Source: Chiloscyllium plagiosum
Lineage: Eukaryota
Direction: 5' to 3'
Length of the DNA stretch: 64,000 bases
Assembly (NCBI RefSeq): GCF_004010195.1
Contig: NC_057753.1
Coordinates: forward strand, 13,864,485-13,928,484
The position numbers and the translations under genes are program-made. A model generated the notes under the pieces. It saw only the letters and a program-made list of their open reading frames with translations, made no database searches and was not told the origin of the DNA. Below, one piece after another: positions 1 to 13,283 of the stretch (within the stretch, counting starts at the first letter, position 1; every line of letters begins with the position of its first letter).

Positions 1-260
1 TAATGCACAGCGCTGTTGAAGGCGACATCGTTATTGGTCGCCAATTCAGTGATCGTCATAGTTTTATTAAGTTTCACAGAGAATGGATCAGGGGAGTCTT
101 CAAATACACATGGTGTGAATGGTGCTGTGGTTGCTGACTGTACGAGCAAACGTTCAGGATAGAATTATTTGTCTTCAAGTTACATGTTACTGTGACGTTA
201 ATTCCCTCTTCAGCTACATATCAGGAACAGTCTATTCCGTTGTATTCCACTGACTCCATG
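1..260 (-). pseudogene. TCR alpha/delta V pseudogene (V exon, runs off the window start)
   Basis: Minus strand after acceptor ttag reads WSQWNTTE*..., then AEEGINVTVTCNLKTNNSILNVCSYSQQPQ. This is homologous to the V exon at 4618 (WSQQDT...EEGKDIVITCNLKSN). It has stops and frameshifts, and Trp41 is lost. Confidence 0.7.
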
Positions 261-1365
261 CTAATTAAACAAGCAAAAAAAAAACAGTAATCATGATTAT
301 TATCGACATTGTTTTATTAGTAGAGACATACAGGGGTACAAAAATTTAGGCCGTGGAATTGGAGTTTTGCTGGCAAAGCAATACCTTCTGAGAAGACAGG
401 TAATGATGAGCAGCAATGCGAGACAGTTTCTCAAAGTATTCTGTAGATTTATAAACTGAGTCTTAGTAAACCTGCATTCGAAATACCCGTTTCAAGCTGC
501 CCCAGTCATTGACAAACAATGCCGATTGCAACAATTGTTGAAGGCATATGTGGAAGGGAAGGCAGGTCAAAGTGGGAGCAGCAGACGGAAGCTGAGGGCA
601 GCATTTCTGTAGACACGGCTGAGTGAACTGACTGCTCGGTGCGAGAACAGAAAGTGCAACATGCTACTCAGCCATATCCAGAACTGGTGGATGTTGAGAA
701 CTCTGTGACCACGCTGTTTTCATCGTAACAAAGTCACTGAGGCGCAAATAGATTGCATGGGGTGAAAAGATCAAGAGTTGTGGAAACATGTAATGCAGGT
801 TCAGGACATTCAGACATTGGGTCTGGTAATTGTCTTTGAAAGAGCCGAGTAATTATTTCCACCTCATCGCTCTTCCAAATTCTGCAATGATGCATATTGC
901 ATTCCAAGTATCTTTCCAACACTTCTCTGAAAGTGAGCAGTGTGTCTGCTTTCCTTCTTCTCTAGCACAGTGATTCATCCTTGGTATTAAGTTTGAATGT
1001 GTAAAATAAAGTATATTGATTTTTCTCTAAATTGTTTTGATCATGTTCCTTGGATTACAGAAATTCATACCAGTGAGAATAGTTTAGTCAGTTGGGTATC
1101 AAACGGTCTCTGAGGGACAGGTAAGCTGTATCTTTGATAAATATAAGACCAACATCTCTCTCAAGTGAAATAGAGGCCAAATTGTCCCTCAGGTTCGTTG
1201 GAAATCTTAATGTTTCTCACGTTAATTCAAGAATAAGATGTTTCTCATTCCCGTGGATATCACTTTTTCTCTCAAGTTAGTTACAGATAATATGTCTGTG
1301 TTTATTCAGCTATAGTTCTGATGAGCAGAGTGTGTCGTTATAAAACGCAGAGTTGTGATATCAGA

Positions 1366-1375
1366 AGTGACATCA
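1366..1375 (+). promoter_or_regulatory. CRE-like decamer AGTGACATCA upstream of a V leader
   Basis: The same 12-mer GAAGTGACATCA occurs at 20067-20078 upstream of the paralogous intact V gene. It matches the mammalian TCR V-promoter decamer AGTGAYRTCA. Confidence 0.55.
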
Positions 1376-1518
1376 GAACAATCAGCTCCATGCTCTTAGC
1401 TCATCCTATCACAAGTTACAGAAGAGGTGACATCTATTGAACCTCAGCTAATTCTTCCAGATTTCTTCTTGTGGGTTTTGCAGTACACAATGGCCCCTCA
1501 AATCCTGGAGCAGATGCG

Positions 1519-2575
1519 ATATGTCTCTTCACGAGCATTCTCGTCTATGTGATCATTATCATTGAGAAGTGTAATGTTTTAAGTAGGATTGACTTTGTTC
1601 AGAGATAAATTTGAAACACAAACAAGCTACACGGTTTAAACCTGCATCTGGCCTAGCTTAGAAATTACATGAATTATTGTGAGCAATTCAGAACTCTTCA
1701 TGACAGATGGAGTTAGGGCGACACAAAATATAAATGAAAAATGGTTCCAGCGACTATACTAATATGGAAGAATAACTTGCACCACGAATCAATATAAAGT
1801 TTGTGATTTTTTTCTCTACTCTCGAGAAGACAGGTGATTTGACTGATTTATATCTTTAGATTGATTAATGTGCGTATCAGACTTGGAGAGGATGCTTTCA
1901 CCACATCTTCGTTCCCAAAAATTTCCAACTGGGAATGCAGACGAAATTTCTTCAACCAGAGTTTTGGGCGAACTTGGCTCTCAACGCCATGAGAGTAGGT
2001 GAGAAGAATAGTAAAGATGCTTTGAAATGTGAACTTGATGAACACATGAGAGTCAAATAAGTGGAGGGACTTGCTGGTATTATGTGAGGATGTAGGAACG
2101 TGCATGTTCCTTATTATTGCACGCCCACGGCCTGATGGCTAAGTGAGATTTTCTTTGGGATCTGTTCTTACCGACATTTCTGGGAATACTGTGAACTTTC
2201 ACCAACTGTGGAACATTTAATAATTTTCTTTAACCTTGTGTTCCAGATCTGAGCGAAGGGTAATCATTCACTCAGCGGAATCATTCTCTTACACAGACGG
2301 TTGGAAAACATTACTGAACCAACGCTGGCGATGCTTCTTACTTTCTGTGGTGCCATCTGTACCCAGACAGCCCGCGTCCGCACTCCAGAGCTACACAACT
2401 GGCACGCATGCGTTTAAAGTGGATTTCGCTCAGATCAGGCTTTCAATGCCCTTCAGAAGACTGAAAAATCGTTCTGATTGACAATCTTGAAGCTGCTATT
2501 GTCTGAAACCGCGGTCTACTACTTTGCAATGAGCCTCACTGTGGTAGAACAGAGAAAAATCATCTTACAACATCT
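1519..2575 (+). pseudogene. TCR alpha/delta V pseudogene (degenerate leader ~1519-1564; V exon 2247-2536; RSS 2537-2575)
   Basis: Paralog of the V at 20963: same acceptor TTCCAG|ATCTGAGCGA, shared ACACAGACGG, and ends LTILKLLLSETAVYYFAMSL (Cys104->Phe). It has an early TAA and frameshifts. RSS is CACTGTG-23bp-ACAACATCT. The leader ICLFTSILVYVIIII starts with ATA and its donor is damaged. Confidence 0.85.
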
Positions 2576-4437
2576 GCTACTGATATCTGGGTCACACCCG
2601 CTTTATTTTCAAGACTGTAACAGTGAGTCAGACACATTAGATTGTGCTCGGGCTTTGAGTGTATATCAGAGAAGCAACATTCAAACATTCGCATTGAACA
2701 TGCTGATCACTGCACTGACTATAGGAGTGTAATAATGCAATTTATTTGTGGATCATTGAAGGCTTCCAATTTCATTGAGAATAGCACACTCTGCAGCTAA
2801 TCACGCATTTGTCTCAATAAATTGAAGCATTTAAACAGCAAATGAGCATTTCTTATCAACATGTGAAATATCTGTACTTGACCAGCCTGCTAGATGAGCA
2901 GTATCCACATAATTACAATCTTCTCATCGAACACTGCTCAATGTTAAAGTCACTCTCACATATTGAAAAACTAAGGATCCAGAAAATGAAAAGCCGCAAC
3001 AAGAATGATTTCAAGGGCAGGATAAGAGAATGCTGAACAAAGTTGAATAGAACAATGTCCTATAAGATGAAACGTGATGCATTCTGTGCATCAGGTCATA
3101 CGACAAGTAGTTACATTTCAGATGTTCACTTGACAGGTGATTTTCATGAAAACATGTATTCCTTCAATATGGGGCTTTTATCTATTCCGACATGAGACGT
3201 ATGTGCTCCTGGGGAAAACAACATTCATTGACCTTCCTGAATTGCCCTTGAACTGGGTTATTTGCAAAGGCTTTTGGAAGCTAATCAAGCGTCAAACATA
3301 TTGGCTCTTCTGGAGTCACATGTCAGCCAGACAAGGAAACTAAGACATCCTTCTTTCCTGGAAGAATATCGAATTTTTGTTTTTTGTTTGTATACCAATC
3401 AATTATTTTTTCACGTGTAGCCTTAGATGAACAAGCTAATTACGGATCATTTCTGAACTGAATTTGCATTCCATCAGTCAACCTGTTTGCAGAGCATTTG
3501 CCTGAGCCTCTGATGCAGTAATATCACCATGGCACCATTATCTGCTATTGCAACCGATATTTTACATGTTTTACTTTTCAGGCGTTTTTCATCATTTATT
3601 GTTTGGACATCAAACTTATGAAAGAAAATGCACCATATTCAAATTCAAACGACACGATTTTCGTTTACTTTTCCTGGATTTAAAAGTTTTATGCAATGGC
3701 TCTCCCCGTATCCACGGAAGATATGGCCCAAGAACTACCACTGAAGCCTGAAACTGTGGAAAATAGCTAACCCATTCATTTAAGTGGGAAACATACTTTC
3801 CCAGAAACCCCTGTTCCCTGGTTCAGGAAGTTTCCCTGTAATATGTTCGGGCTGCAGTAAACTACGGGTAATTGAAACTGGGGAAACCAGACCCGTGTAT
3901 ATGGAGGTAGCTCTGTTCTTGAAAGCATCCGTATGTGAAGCCAGAACAGCAGGTCACCTGGAGCTTATATTACCAAATGCAGTTTCTCAGCTGCACCTCT
4001 TAATATTCCCCCAAATGATGACTGTAGCGATGTTGCTGACATTCGGAAATGTTGAACGTCCATGTGGGTAAAATAAAAAAGCTCATAGGTATTTCAAAAG
4101 GTATAGAGTATCGAAAGACAGCAAGTAACATTTTCCATGTTTCAAAAAAAAAATCACAGGCTGGACATGCAATGTCACCATCTTTTTTTCCTCTGCTCCG
4201 AGTGCAGCTAAGAGTCACGGCCAATATTGTCAAAATAGAAACGACCGTATCCCCGCCCAAAGCTTCCGTTTCCTGCACGATCTCCCCGTCCCCATACCCT
4301 CCTATTAACTCTAACCAAATTGCGCTATTGGAGGGATCGCTGCTGTTGCACCATCTGTGTTAGTCACTGGAGCAGCAAAGCAGTTGATCAAGGATCCGCA
4401 TTTCTGCTCTGTTCGAGTTACAGAGTCATCAAACAAG

Positions 4438-4775
4438 ATTGGGAAATGTCTCATATCATTCCTCATCATCGTATCTTTTCTCAGTAAGTACATTCTTCTG
4501 AGAAAAGGTCTGATTGTTGCAATACGAATGTTATTGTTTGTCGATAGATGGTGACGAATTTGTTGATCAATATGGGGTTAATACTGATTGTCATCTTTAC
4601 TTCGTTTCCCATGTTAGAATGGAGCCAGCAGGATACAATGCAACAACCATTTGTTGAAATGATGGATGAGGAGGGAAAGGATATTGTCATAACCTGCAAT
4701 TTGAAGTCAAATGCTTCCAACACTTACGTATACTAGTACATTCAGCGCACCATGCAGCCTCCAGAGTTCATGTGT
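4438..4775 (+). pseudogene. Truncated TCR V pseudogene (leader 4438-4483, V exon from 4618)
   Basis: Leader (I)GKCLISFLIIVSFL has ATT in place of ATG and a phase-1 GTAAGT donor. The V exon reads WSQQDTMQQPFVEMMDEEGKDIVITCNLKSNASNTYVY*YIQRTMQPPEFM, with the conserved Trp mutated to TAG. Homology is lost after ~4775 and there is no RSS. Confidence 0.85.
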
Positions 4776-4936
4776 ACGCACCGAGCTAAACAGTTTGCAT
4801 TCACACTGTGCGAATTGTATGATTCTAACTTGGGGCATTTCCATTCCCGGACTGACAGTTAATTTGCTGCGTTCTCACATTATCTGGTGATGTCATACTA
4901 GGCTAGTTTGCCCATATGAAGCACGCTTGCCATCTC

Positions 4937-5009
4937 AGCTTCATTAGCTCAGTTATCAAAGCACTGGTCTTGTAAACTAGTGATTATAAGTTTGATTATC
5001 ACTGGCTCT
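4937..5009 (+). pseudogene. tRNA-Thr(UGU)-like pseudogene
   Basis: TAGCTCAGTTATCAAAGCACTGGTCTTGTAAACTAG... aligns with vertebrate tRNA-Thr(TGT) TAGCTCAGTGGTTAGAGCACTGGTCTTGTAAACCAG. The B-box and stems are degraded. Confidence 0.7.
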
Positions 5010-7109
5010 TTGCTTGAGTTTCTAAATTCCTCAAGGAGCTTTTACAATTTTATGATGGTAATAATAGGACAATGACTTTTCCTCCACAGGAGGGGAGTGA
5101 ACTGATTGATCTTGGAATTCCTATTTGTCCTTCCAGGACGTCATTGGTTAATACCAACTAACAGTTAGTTCCCAAACTGGGCAGTGACAAAGTAGCATGC
5201 GTGTCAGCTGGTTTGGGAAACCGCCGTTGTGACAGGAGGCCTGGGTCAAGACCAGATTTGCGAAGGAACTTTGAGTAGGTTGATTAGCGTATAATGATAA
5301 AAACTTTAACATTGCAGTGGTACAATCAGGATCTTGAAGCCTGGAAATCTGAAGTGCTCTAAAGATGTATAATCACATGTCTGAAAACATCGTTTAGAAT
5401 ATTTATCGAACAGTATTGCACTGACATGATGGACTTTCTCCTGAGTAGATAAAAGAAACGAGGTACATGACAGTAAGTTTACTGATTGCATGTGACTGCT
5501 TTGATCATTTGGAGTAAAGTTAGACGTGAGAGGATAAAATGATTCAGTGGTGAATCTACAAAGGAAACGGTCGTCATTGGCAAAGTAAATGGGATGTAGA
5601 AATGTGGGCCACAAAAAATGGAGTATGACTTTACAATCGTTGTGGTATAGTAATTTGAATGTTCAATGTGGTCACTGACATTCTTTTACTTTATAATTTA
5701 TGGTCATTCTCCACCCTTACTCCCTGCATTTGTTCCTCAGCTGTTTAACAGGTATACTACGTCGACCGAGTTCTGGACATCTAAGCTTCACTTTTTCCAC
5801 CATATCATCGAACAGCAACCAAGATCCGCCCCCAAACTTCTTCTCTCGGTCGTGACTCCAGTTCTCCCATCCGCAGTTTTTGTTTGCTATTCTCACCGTC
5901 TTTGGATTTCTTAGTGGAATGATAAGTGTTGGTGGAGTATTTCTGTCATTGATTAGATTAACAGCGAAATGAAATAGCGATTCGTAACTTGGCTTTGATG
6001 AAACTTTCCTGCTCTAAGACAGATGGAATCAGGTGGTATCAATTAAAACCATCATGTGCTGACTCCTCACCATTTACTCACGACCCAGTGGGCATTTATT
6101 TACAGTAAAAATGCATTCTCCAAATTCCTTCTGCAGGGATGATGATGACAAGATGATTATACTGATCTAAATTAGTGGAATTTTTACTGTTGATGTGACT
6201 ACTCCGCATGGTTATTGCAACTGCAGGAAATAGTGCAACATTAAATGTTTGATTTAACTTTTCAGAACGAGATTGTTTGAGTTCTAAAATAAATCTTGAA
6301 CACAAATATTATCCCCAGTTCTGATAATGTCTGCATCTTTAGCATGCCCGAAAATTCATGCCTTGTCTCATTGGAGAGAATGGGAACACGAATAAAAGAA
6401 TCACGAATTGGTTTTCACTCTACCTTTAATAGAACAGCGAACATTACCGAAGTGAGGGTTCAGCACTAATTTAAACTCTGGCAATGATGTCATGAGACGT
6501 ATGCAACATTGCAAAGAAACAGGCGATCCCAATCAAAACTCCACAAAGGGAATTCCATGATATCCTTACCAGATAGCGTTCTCAGACCGTCAAACAAACG
6601 AACAGGTTTCAGGTGAAAGTCCTTTCTCCCTCAATGCTGTATTTCCTACCCGTCTGAAATCCACGATAAACTTCCATATTCGCATGTCAATCCATATCAT
6701 TTCACAGAATTGTCTTTATAATCGCGACCACATCGTGTGCACTTATTTCTATTTCCATTCATGATTTACCAATTTGGTTTTGTGTGCACATGCACATTAA
6801 GATCCAGTGTCATTTATCACTTGATGGGGTTTTGTTTAATCTTCGAGCTTGTTTACCTCTGAAATCTGTACTCTTTATGCTGTCATACCATAGTGATTTT
6901 GCCATTTTGTCACGTAAAAACGTGTTTTCTCGCCTTTCCCGCTCTCTGATATAATGTGTTTTCTGAAATGTCGTTTAACGTCAACCATCACTAAGTTTCA
7001 ATTCTTCTCTAACATCCTAGTTATGTGGTTGGCATTGACAAAAGTATCAGCACAATTCAGCTGAATCTTGTCTCATTGATGTAGACCCAACATTGTTCAG
7101 TACCAGTTC

Positions 7110-7280
7110 AGAGATTTCCCTACTGTTTCACTCTACCAGGGACCCAGGATCGATTCCAGCCTTCGAAAATTATCTGTGGGGAACATGCACGTATGTGGTT
7201 TCTTCTCAAAGTCCAAAAATTTGCAGGTTAGGTGAATTTACCATGCTATATTGTCTGTACTGTCCAGAGAAGTGCAGGAT
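7110..7280 (+). mobile_element. Degenerate HE1-type (V-SINE) tRNA-derived SINE
   Basis: CCAGGGACCCAGGATCGATTCCAGCCT head and GCAGGTTAGGTGAATT core, similar to the copy at 22150-22461. Confidence 0.6.
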
Positions 7281-7599
7281 CGTCCTCCACGGACAGAAAT
7301 ATAACACTTTTTGGTTCGAATTGCGTCTTTTTTGCAATCTAACGATTCTCTGCCACATCAATCCGCGAGCAACACACTCATTTTCTCAAATGAAGCTTCT
7401 GATTCCAAGTGGTTCAGTAAAAAAGCAGAAGATTTGATACGATTTTTCGTATTCTACTTCACTAATTGGTGCCCTGTACCTCATTAGAATCGTGGAGAAA
7501 CACTTTCGTTTACGTCCTTGAGCCATGGGTATCTTTGTGGCCCATAACGATGGGATTCTCTCGCTTCTGATCATCTCCCTCACGCTTCAAGTTCCTCTC

Positions 7600-8045
7600 C
7601 CTTAGGAGATGTCCGAAAGTCGACATCAAGTCAAGAAACATTTAAGAGCCTGAACGGAATTGATGTGGTAAAGTTTGAAAGGACATCTATCCCCGTTGAA
7701 GAATCCAGAACGGGGTTGGTGGGCAGGGAATAGGGAGATGTCGTGCCCAGTCAAGATAAGGGATTTCCCAGTCAATTCGAAGCGGTGTGGAAAAATGTGT
7801 TCTCTTCGACAGTCCTTACATTTGAGATTCCCTTTCCCTGAGGATGGAGCCTTCGAATTCTAAATGATTGCCAGTTAAAGTGATAATCAGAATGGATATC
7901 CGAAAATGTGAGACAGAGGAGGATCGTGAGGAATATATATTTACAATCGGGGAATCGTTTGGAGAGAGCCAAATATATTCATTTTTTAACCGACAGTGAA
8001 TGGTCCACATTTAAAATCAGGTCTGAGAAAGAGCTGATTGAAACA
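7600..8045 (+). mobile_element. Old CR1-like LINE 3' fragment
   Basis: Degenerate similarity to the 3' end of the CR1 copies in this window (GGAATTGATG...GAATCCAGAACGGGG...ACATTTAAAA). Confidence 0.45.
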
Positions 8046-10429
8046 GAGAGAAACGCCATTGCGTTTCCCTGTAAGTACACCACACCTCTCATCTGAGCTC
8101 AGTCCCACGATAAGATCGTACACACAATTTACACAGTGCCTTATTTACTGTCGAAGCACGTGTCACGCATTCACTCCGAGTTTTAATTATACTCATGACC
8201 GTGCTGCCCGGTGCATCTTAACTGAAAGGACTGACACATTGATATAAGTAGCCCTAAACAGGCAGAAGCTGTGACACAGAAACCTGTGACAGTGTATGTA
8301 TGAGGCATTTACTCCTTCTCATCACTGTGAGTTTCATTGCACAGTAACAGACTGCAATGTCAGACAGCAATAGTTTCGAGATAGGCAATGGACACAATTT
8401 GTCTAATTGGTAATTGGATCAGAAAACCAGCTCTGACGGAAATCCACCTTCAGGTCAGCCTCTCTGATTTTGTACCTCTGGACTGTGAACTAGGGCTGAC
8501 TGCCTGTGTACTGAAGGTACCGGAATAAGAAATAAGCATTATCAGAAAAAGGTGCAGTTTTTGCATCATCTTTTCATTCTGTCTGTGCGAGCAAGAGGTC
8601 TCATTTCAATTCTGCTTTTTTTCTCCAGGATAATAAAATCGACTTCCGACACCAACTGGCCTTTGTCCATGTTAGCAATGCAAACGCGAATCCACCAACT
8701 CCCTCACTCGAATTTCAAGTGCACGTACATAAATACATCCATTGTTCATCGATTTAGCTGATTTCACTTACCTGAATCTACGGATTTCACCCAAGTGCAC
8801 CTTGCATTAGTTGAGTTCTGTATTCGAGAGTGGAAACATAATTCCTTTAACATTTTCTGTTGGATCATTCAGCTGACTCTAATACTTAAGTCACATAATT
8901 CCGGAATTGCTCCAAATCCAAGACATTCTCCCTATGTTTTCCAAACAATAAATCTTCTTCAGTGTAATGTCTCTATCAGCTTTACCTCTTCTAGAGGAAA
9001 GAATAGATCAGTTTGAAAAGCGTGACTTCAAATCTATCATCCTTTAGGACAAGGAAGATCTGTCTGAATATATTTATTGGTTTGTGACCGTTCCTTTTCT
9101 TGTAAGAGTTCGAGAAAATCGGCTCACAACAGCTCAGCAGTAGTGTAAGCAGAGTCCAATGCTTATTGAAAGAATACTAGTTCGATTTATACTTAGAAAT
9201 ACAGATGTTAAACACTTCCCGTCGGTTTAAGACTTCTCACCAAAAATGAAAATCAACAAGATCACCACGAAAATATGTATTCACACCGCCACTGCTTTGG
9301 GTAATGGGAGTTTCTTCCTGTTTCACAAATCGACAGAATATTGAATAAGAGAAAAAAAACAAAAAACACAGCCGAGAGCATTGTCGATCGTTTTCAGTGC
9401 AAGTTGGTTTCTCTCCTTTATCAATATTTGACAGCACAGAAATAGGCTCTTCGATTCTCCGTGTCAGTGCTGGTCATCAAACGTCCATCCATTGTAAACC
9501 TATCTTTCAGGTCATGTCCCAGAGCGTTGTGTGTGGTAGCTGCTCAGGGCCGCTCTGAGTGCATAGGCTCCAGACAGTGGGAAGGCGGGGAACATATCGA
9601 GCGTACTCAGTGATCAACAATTCTGTATGTAAGGGATGGTTCTCCCGCTCTGGGAATTCTGGGTTAAGAAAATGTCATTGTAGAGTTTAAATTTATTTAT
9701 TTTTATTATTAATCTACACCAGCGTGGAAATTAAACTGGTACTTTTGGCATTATCAGTAAAAGTAGCTGATGCTTGGAGAAAGATTTTTGCCATTCAAAA
9801 CCATCTTCCAAACGAAAAAGTTAGACTTAATGTTCCAGAAAACAATAATGCTTCTTGTCATAAGCTGAAAGAGCTTTCTGTGTTCCACTGAAATCTGGAC
9901 AACCTAGATAAACGATTTAAATGAACAGTTGAAATTCTAGAGTGCATGAAATAAGGGTCAAGTGCTGGAAGCGATCAATGTTTGATAACTATCATTCATA
10001 AAATGGATCAAAGGGGATCCTTGTGCTGCAAAAACTTAGTGAGTCTCTATCATTTTGCAATTGATAAGAAAGCCAAAACGATTGTCAACAAGAAAAGTTT
10101 GTGCACACTTCCATCGTCGTCGACTGTTATGATTTGGTACTCTCACTGCTGTGTCCTCCGTGTTTCATTCCAGATTAGGTAATGTGAGTTCAGCCTATTT
10201 GTTATAACTCTTAACATGAAATGAATGCCTGACATTTAAAGCAGCAATTAGAACAGCTCTGTCAGAATCAGTGACAGCTTCACATTAGAGATGAATGATA
10301 ATCGGAGGAAGCACCAACATTCTTTGCTTTAACCGCTCAGCCAGAGTACTGCAAACATTTCCTTCCTTCCTGAAGCATGCCATTGTTTGAGATTTGTTTG
10401 AGGATCGATCTGAAAGCTTTGTTTTCCTT

Positions 10430-10745
10430 TTGCAACAAAGCCTGGAGCAGAGTGCATTATCTCGGAGTAGAAGTCATATATTTAAGAGAGAGATAGAGGT
10501 GAGGATGCATTTGTTCACCTTGATAATTGTGAATCTGTGGAATTAGTTACAGTGGTAGGCAGGATGTCAGGTTCATTAAATACATTCAAGGATGAAATAC
10601 ACAGACTTTAAATCAATAAGGCTATCAAGGGAGAAAGACAAATGTATGAAAGCACAATTAATTATTATGAGGTCTGAGATGAGCTGCTTCAATAGCCGAG
10701 AATAGGTTTTGGATGAGAAGGATGGTTTGTTCCTGCTCCGAAAGT
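10430..10745 (+). mobile_element. Old CR1-like LINE 3' fragment
   Basis: GTGAATCTGTGGAATT...TCATTAAATACATTCAAG...CCTGCTCC, typical of the elasmobranch CR1 3' region. Confidence 0.5.
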
Positions 10746-12535
10746 ATATCGTCTTAAAACGAGGCGGCAAAACTATTCTGAGTAAATTTTACCAAATTAA
10801 AAATGCATGTGAACACTTGAGGCAGTGGAACAAGTTGAACCATACAAAGGGTAACACACAGGAGCAAATTATTGTGCATGATTTTTCTGGCATGATCTAT
10901 GTGTCTGGGTCAAAAGGAAAAAAAATGATTTTGAGGCCCCAATATTGATCTTGGCTCCACTAGGTCATCAGTCATAAGGTCACAAAAGAGCATTGTGCTT
11001 CCCAAATCCTGACGTCCCCCATGTTCTTATTTTAGTCAGATTGCACATTTGGCAATTGCAGTTCAAATTGCTGATGTGGAGCTGTGACATGCAGTTAGGA
11101 GATTCTGACTTATCCACGACATAATCCTGTTTCTAAATATCAGACGACGTTTCATTGTCATTACTATATTTATGTTAGGGCGGGGTGTTGACTCCATCGT
11201 AGGCGCTGCTGCCTCACAGCACAAGGCTTCGATCAGAGCCCAAAAGAGGATTTGCCATGTACACAGGTGACACGGTTGAAGTGTAATTTCAATAATTTCC
11301 AACTATCTTGCCAAAAGGGGAGGATGCTGCCATGGTGATAAAGGCGAAATTGTCAGCACAACAGAACAAAATTGCAGATGGCAAAAATCTTAAAAGATTT
11401 TTGGATATGGAAGTAGGGGTAAAGATTTAGGGGCACTGGCCATTAGCTTTCTGTCTTTCCTGGATTCAGGGAAGGTGTCTGCATACTCGATACATTAGCT
11501 TTGCTTCTCTCTCTATGGATGGAAAAACACTGCATCGTTTTCTCCAGCACATTGTATTTTTATTTCTCAAAATGTGTTTATTTTATCAGTGTGAGAACGT
11601 ACTCTGTTGGCCGCGAGCTGGAACTATTCACTTAAGCTTGTTGTGCAGAGTCCTTGACATGTTTGCAGCAGTATGCATGCCATGGTAGTGAGGTACACGT
11701 CCCTGTCAGAGAACAACTCCTTCGATGTTTAAAGCAAACATTTTGTTTGCTTTATGCAAATTAACAGAGTCACTTTCTGTTAAAGCTGGAAACTTCTCTT
11801 CATTTTCCCTGCTATGCATATTCAGTAAAAGTCTCTCAGCTTCACAGGGATAGCAGGACATAACATAACGGAATGCGTAATCGAGTAAAGGCTGCTCAGT
11901 TTTATGCTCTTTCTCTTTGACGAAACAATAATTCAAATGAATTTTGCGACAATGAATCTTCACTGATCGTTCTTGTCATACAGACAAAATATATTTTCAA
12001 AGTATGGCAATTACTGCAATCCTTGAATGTTCACTAATAAACTTAAAACAAACATCACAGGCAAAAAGACAATTGAGAAAAGTAAAATACAGGGCAATGA
12101 GTACTGTGCAAATTATCTTGGGATTGAACATCGATATGACAGATTGAACGAACACAAATCAGAGTCCACCAGCAAGCAGTGAGGAAACTATATGGAGTTT
12201 TCACTGACATTGGATTGAAAGTTAATCCATAAATATTGTTCCTGCTTATTTTAACTAAATGAAACCATAGCGATCAGTTACCACAGCAACGACAATTGCA
12301 ATATAAATTGGATATATTCAGAACCTAAGTAAGAAGCAGACGCAGGGTTGAAAGTGATGAACTGAAAGGATTCATGAATTCTGAAACAATGATTGGGGTT
12401 GGGAGGTTGGGAAGCAAGTACTGAAGATATATTTAATAATGCCATTTCGGTTGAATTTAATAATTCATTTCGGTTGGGCGTTTGACCAAGATCAATGGCT
12501 AAGACCAAGAAGCATTTAATCCACCACTACACAGT

Positions 12536-12584
12536 GAAAGAGAAAGGAGAGAGTGAAAGAGAGACAAAGAAAGAGGGGGAGAGC

Positions 12585-12624
<40 letters not shown>

Positions 12625-12666
12625 GAGCGAGTGACACAGAGTGACAAAGAGAGAGAGAGAGAGAGA
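12536..12666. repeat. (GA)n-rich microsatellite
   Basis: Direct inspection. It explains the SLSLSL ORFs on the minus strand. Confidence 0.95.
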
Positions 12667-12944
12667 AATCCAGTTTTGTTAGTGGTTTCATCATGCCCCT
12701 GCTTTGAGACAGCCAATCCCTGAGAATGACTTTTATTATGCCTTGTGTCAGCATCCCATAAAAAAGCTACTTTTTGTGAATGCCGTCCGTCAGTCTCTGT
12801 CTGCATGAAGAGAGCATAACATTTTCCTCTCTGTTCTCCAGTTACTGTCATTGAAAGTCTTTCTATCGACAACAAATCCTGTTCTGGAAACATTGCCTGA
12901 TTGATCCACTTCCTGAGAGTTTTCATCGGCATAAACAGAAAAAA

Positions 12945-13240
12945 ATAAGCAATCATCTATTGTCAGTTGGAGTTCTGATGATATTCATATTCTGTAAGAT
13001 AAGTTTTCTAATCAGACACCTTATTTTATCAAACCGTCATTGTCGTGTCAGAATGGTCTTTATTATCTTATAGTGGTTCAGTCTGAGTATTAGACCTTAC
13101 AGGCTGTTCAGATGCTAACTCTGGAAGGAGAACAAGTTGAACTGATTTGTCGGCAGTATTGTGCGTCTCATCATCATCATTTATTAAAAGATTTTGTGGT
13201 TCTATCCCAGCCAGAGCTCAATTCTTCATGCTTCTCAGTG
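12945..13240 (+). pseudogene. TCR V pseudogene fragment (leader 12945-12993, 80-bp intron, V exon from 13074)
   Basis: Leader (I)SNHLLSVGVLMIFIF starts with ATA and has a phase-1 GTAAGA donor. After acceptor TTATAG the exon reads VQSEY*TLQAVQMLTLEGEQVELICRQY, then frameshifted WFYPSQS. The 3' half is missing. Confidence 0.65.
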
Positions 13241-13283
13241 TGATGGCGCTCTTTGGTGAACAGTAAATGCAACTGTCAGGATG

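Noticed and set aside
3785-3850. Minus-strand J-like string (NQGTGVSGK followed by GTATGT)
   Set aside because: No FGxG or WGxG motif and no credible 12-RSS upstream.
4000-4310. Minus-strand ORF with EIVQ...VTLSCTRS, resembling an Ig V FR1
   Set aside because: No Trp41, YYC or RSS, and it overlaps the promoter region of the 4438 leader. Probably chance.
5666-5914. ORF containing QQPRSAPKLLL, like a V FR2
   Set aside because: No flanking Cys, Trp or YYC, and no RSS or leader. More likely a decayed repeat.
8291-8380. D-like arrangement CACTGTG-10bp-CACAGTA
   Set aside because: The upstream nonamer matches only 6/9 at a 23-bp spacer, and there is no downstream nonamer at 12 or 23 bp.
8556-8587. 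Minus-strand CACAGAC...GCAAAAACT RSS-like pair
   Set aside because: The spacer is 16 bp and no V coding sequence precedes it.
12516-12956. 146-aa and 75-aa ORFs with SLSLSL runs (similar ORFs at 25295 and 26486)
   Set aside because: These are translations of GA or CA microsatellites.
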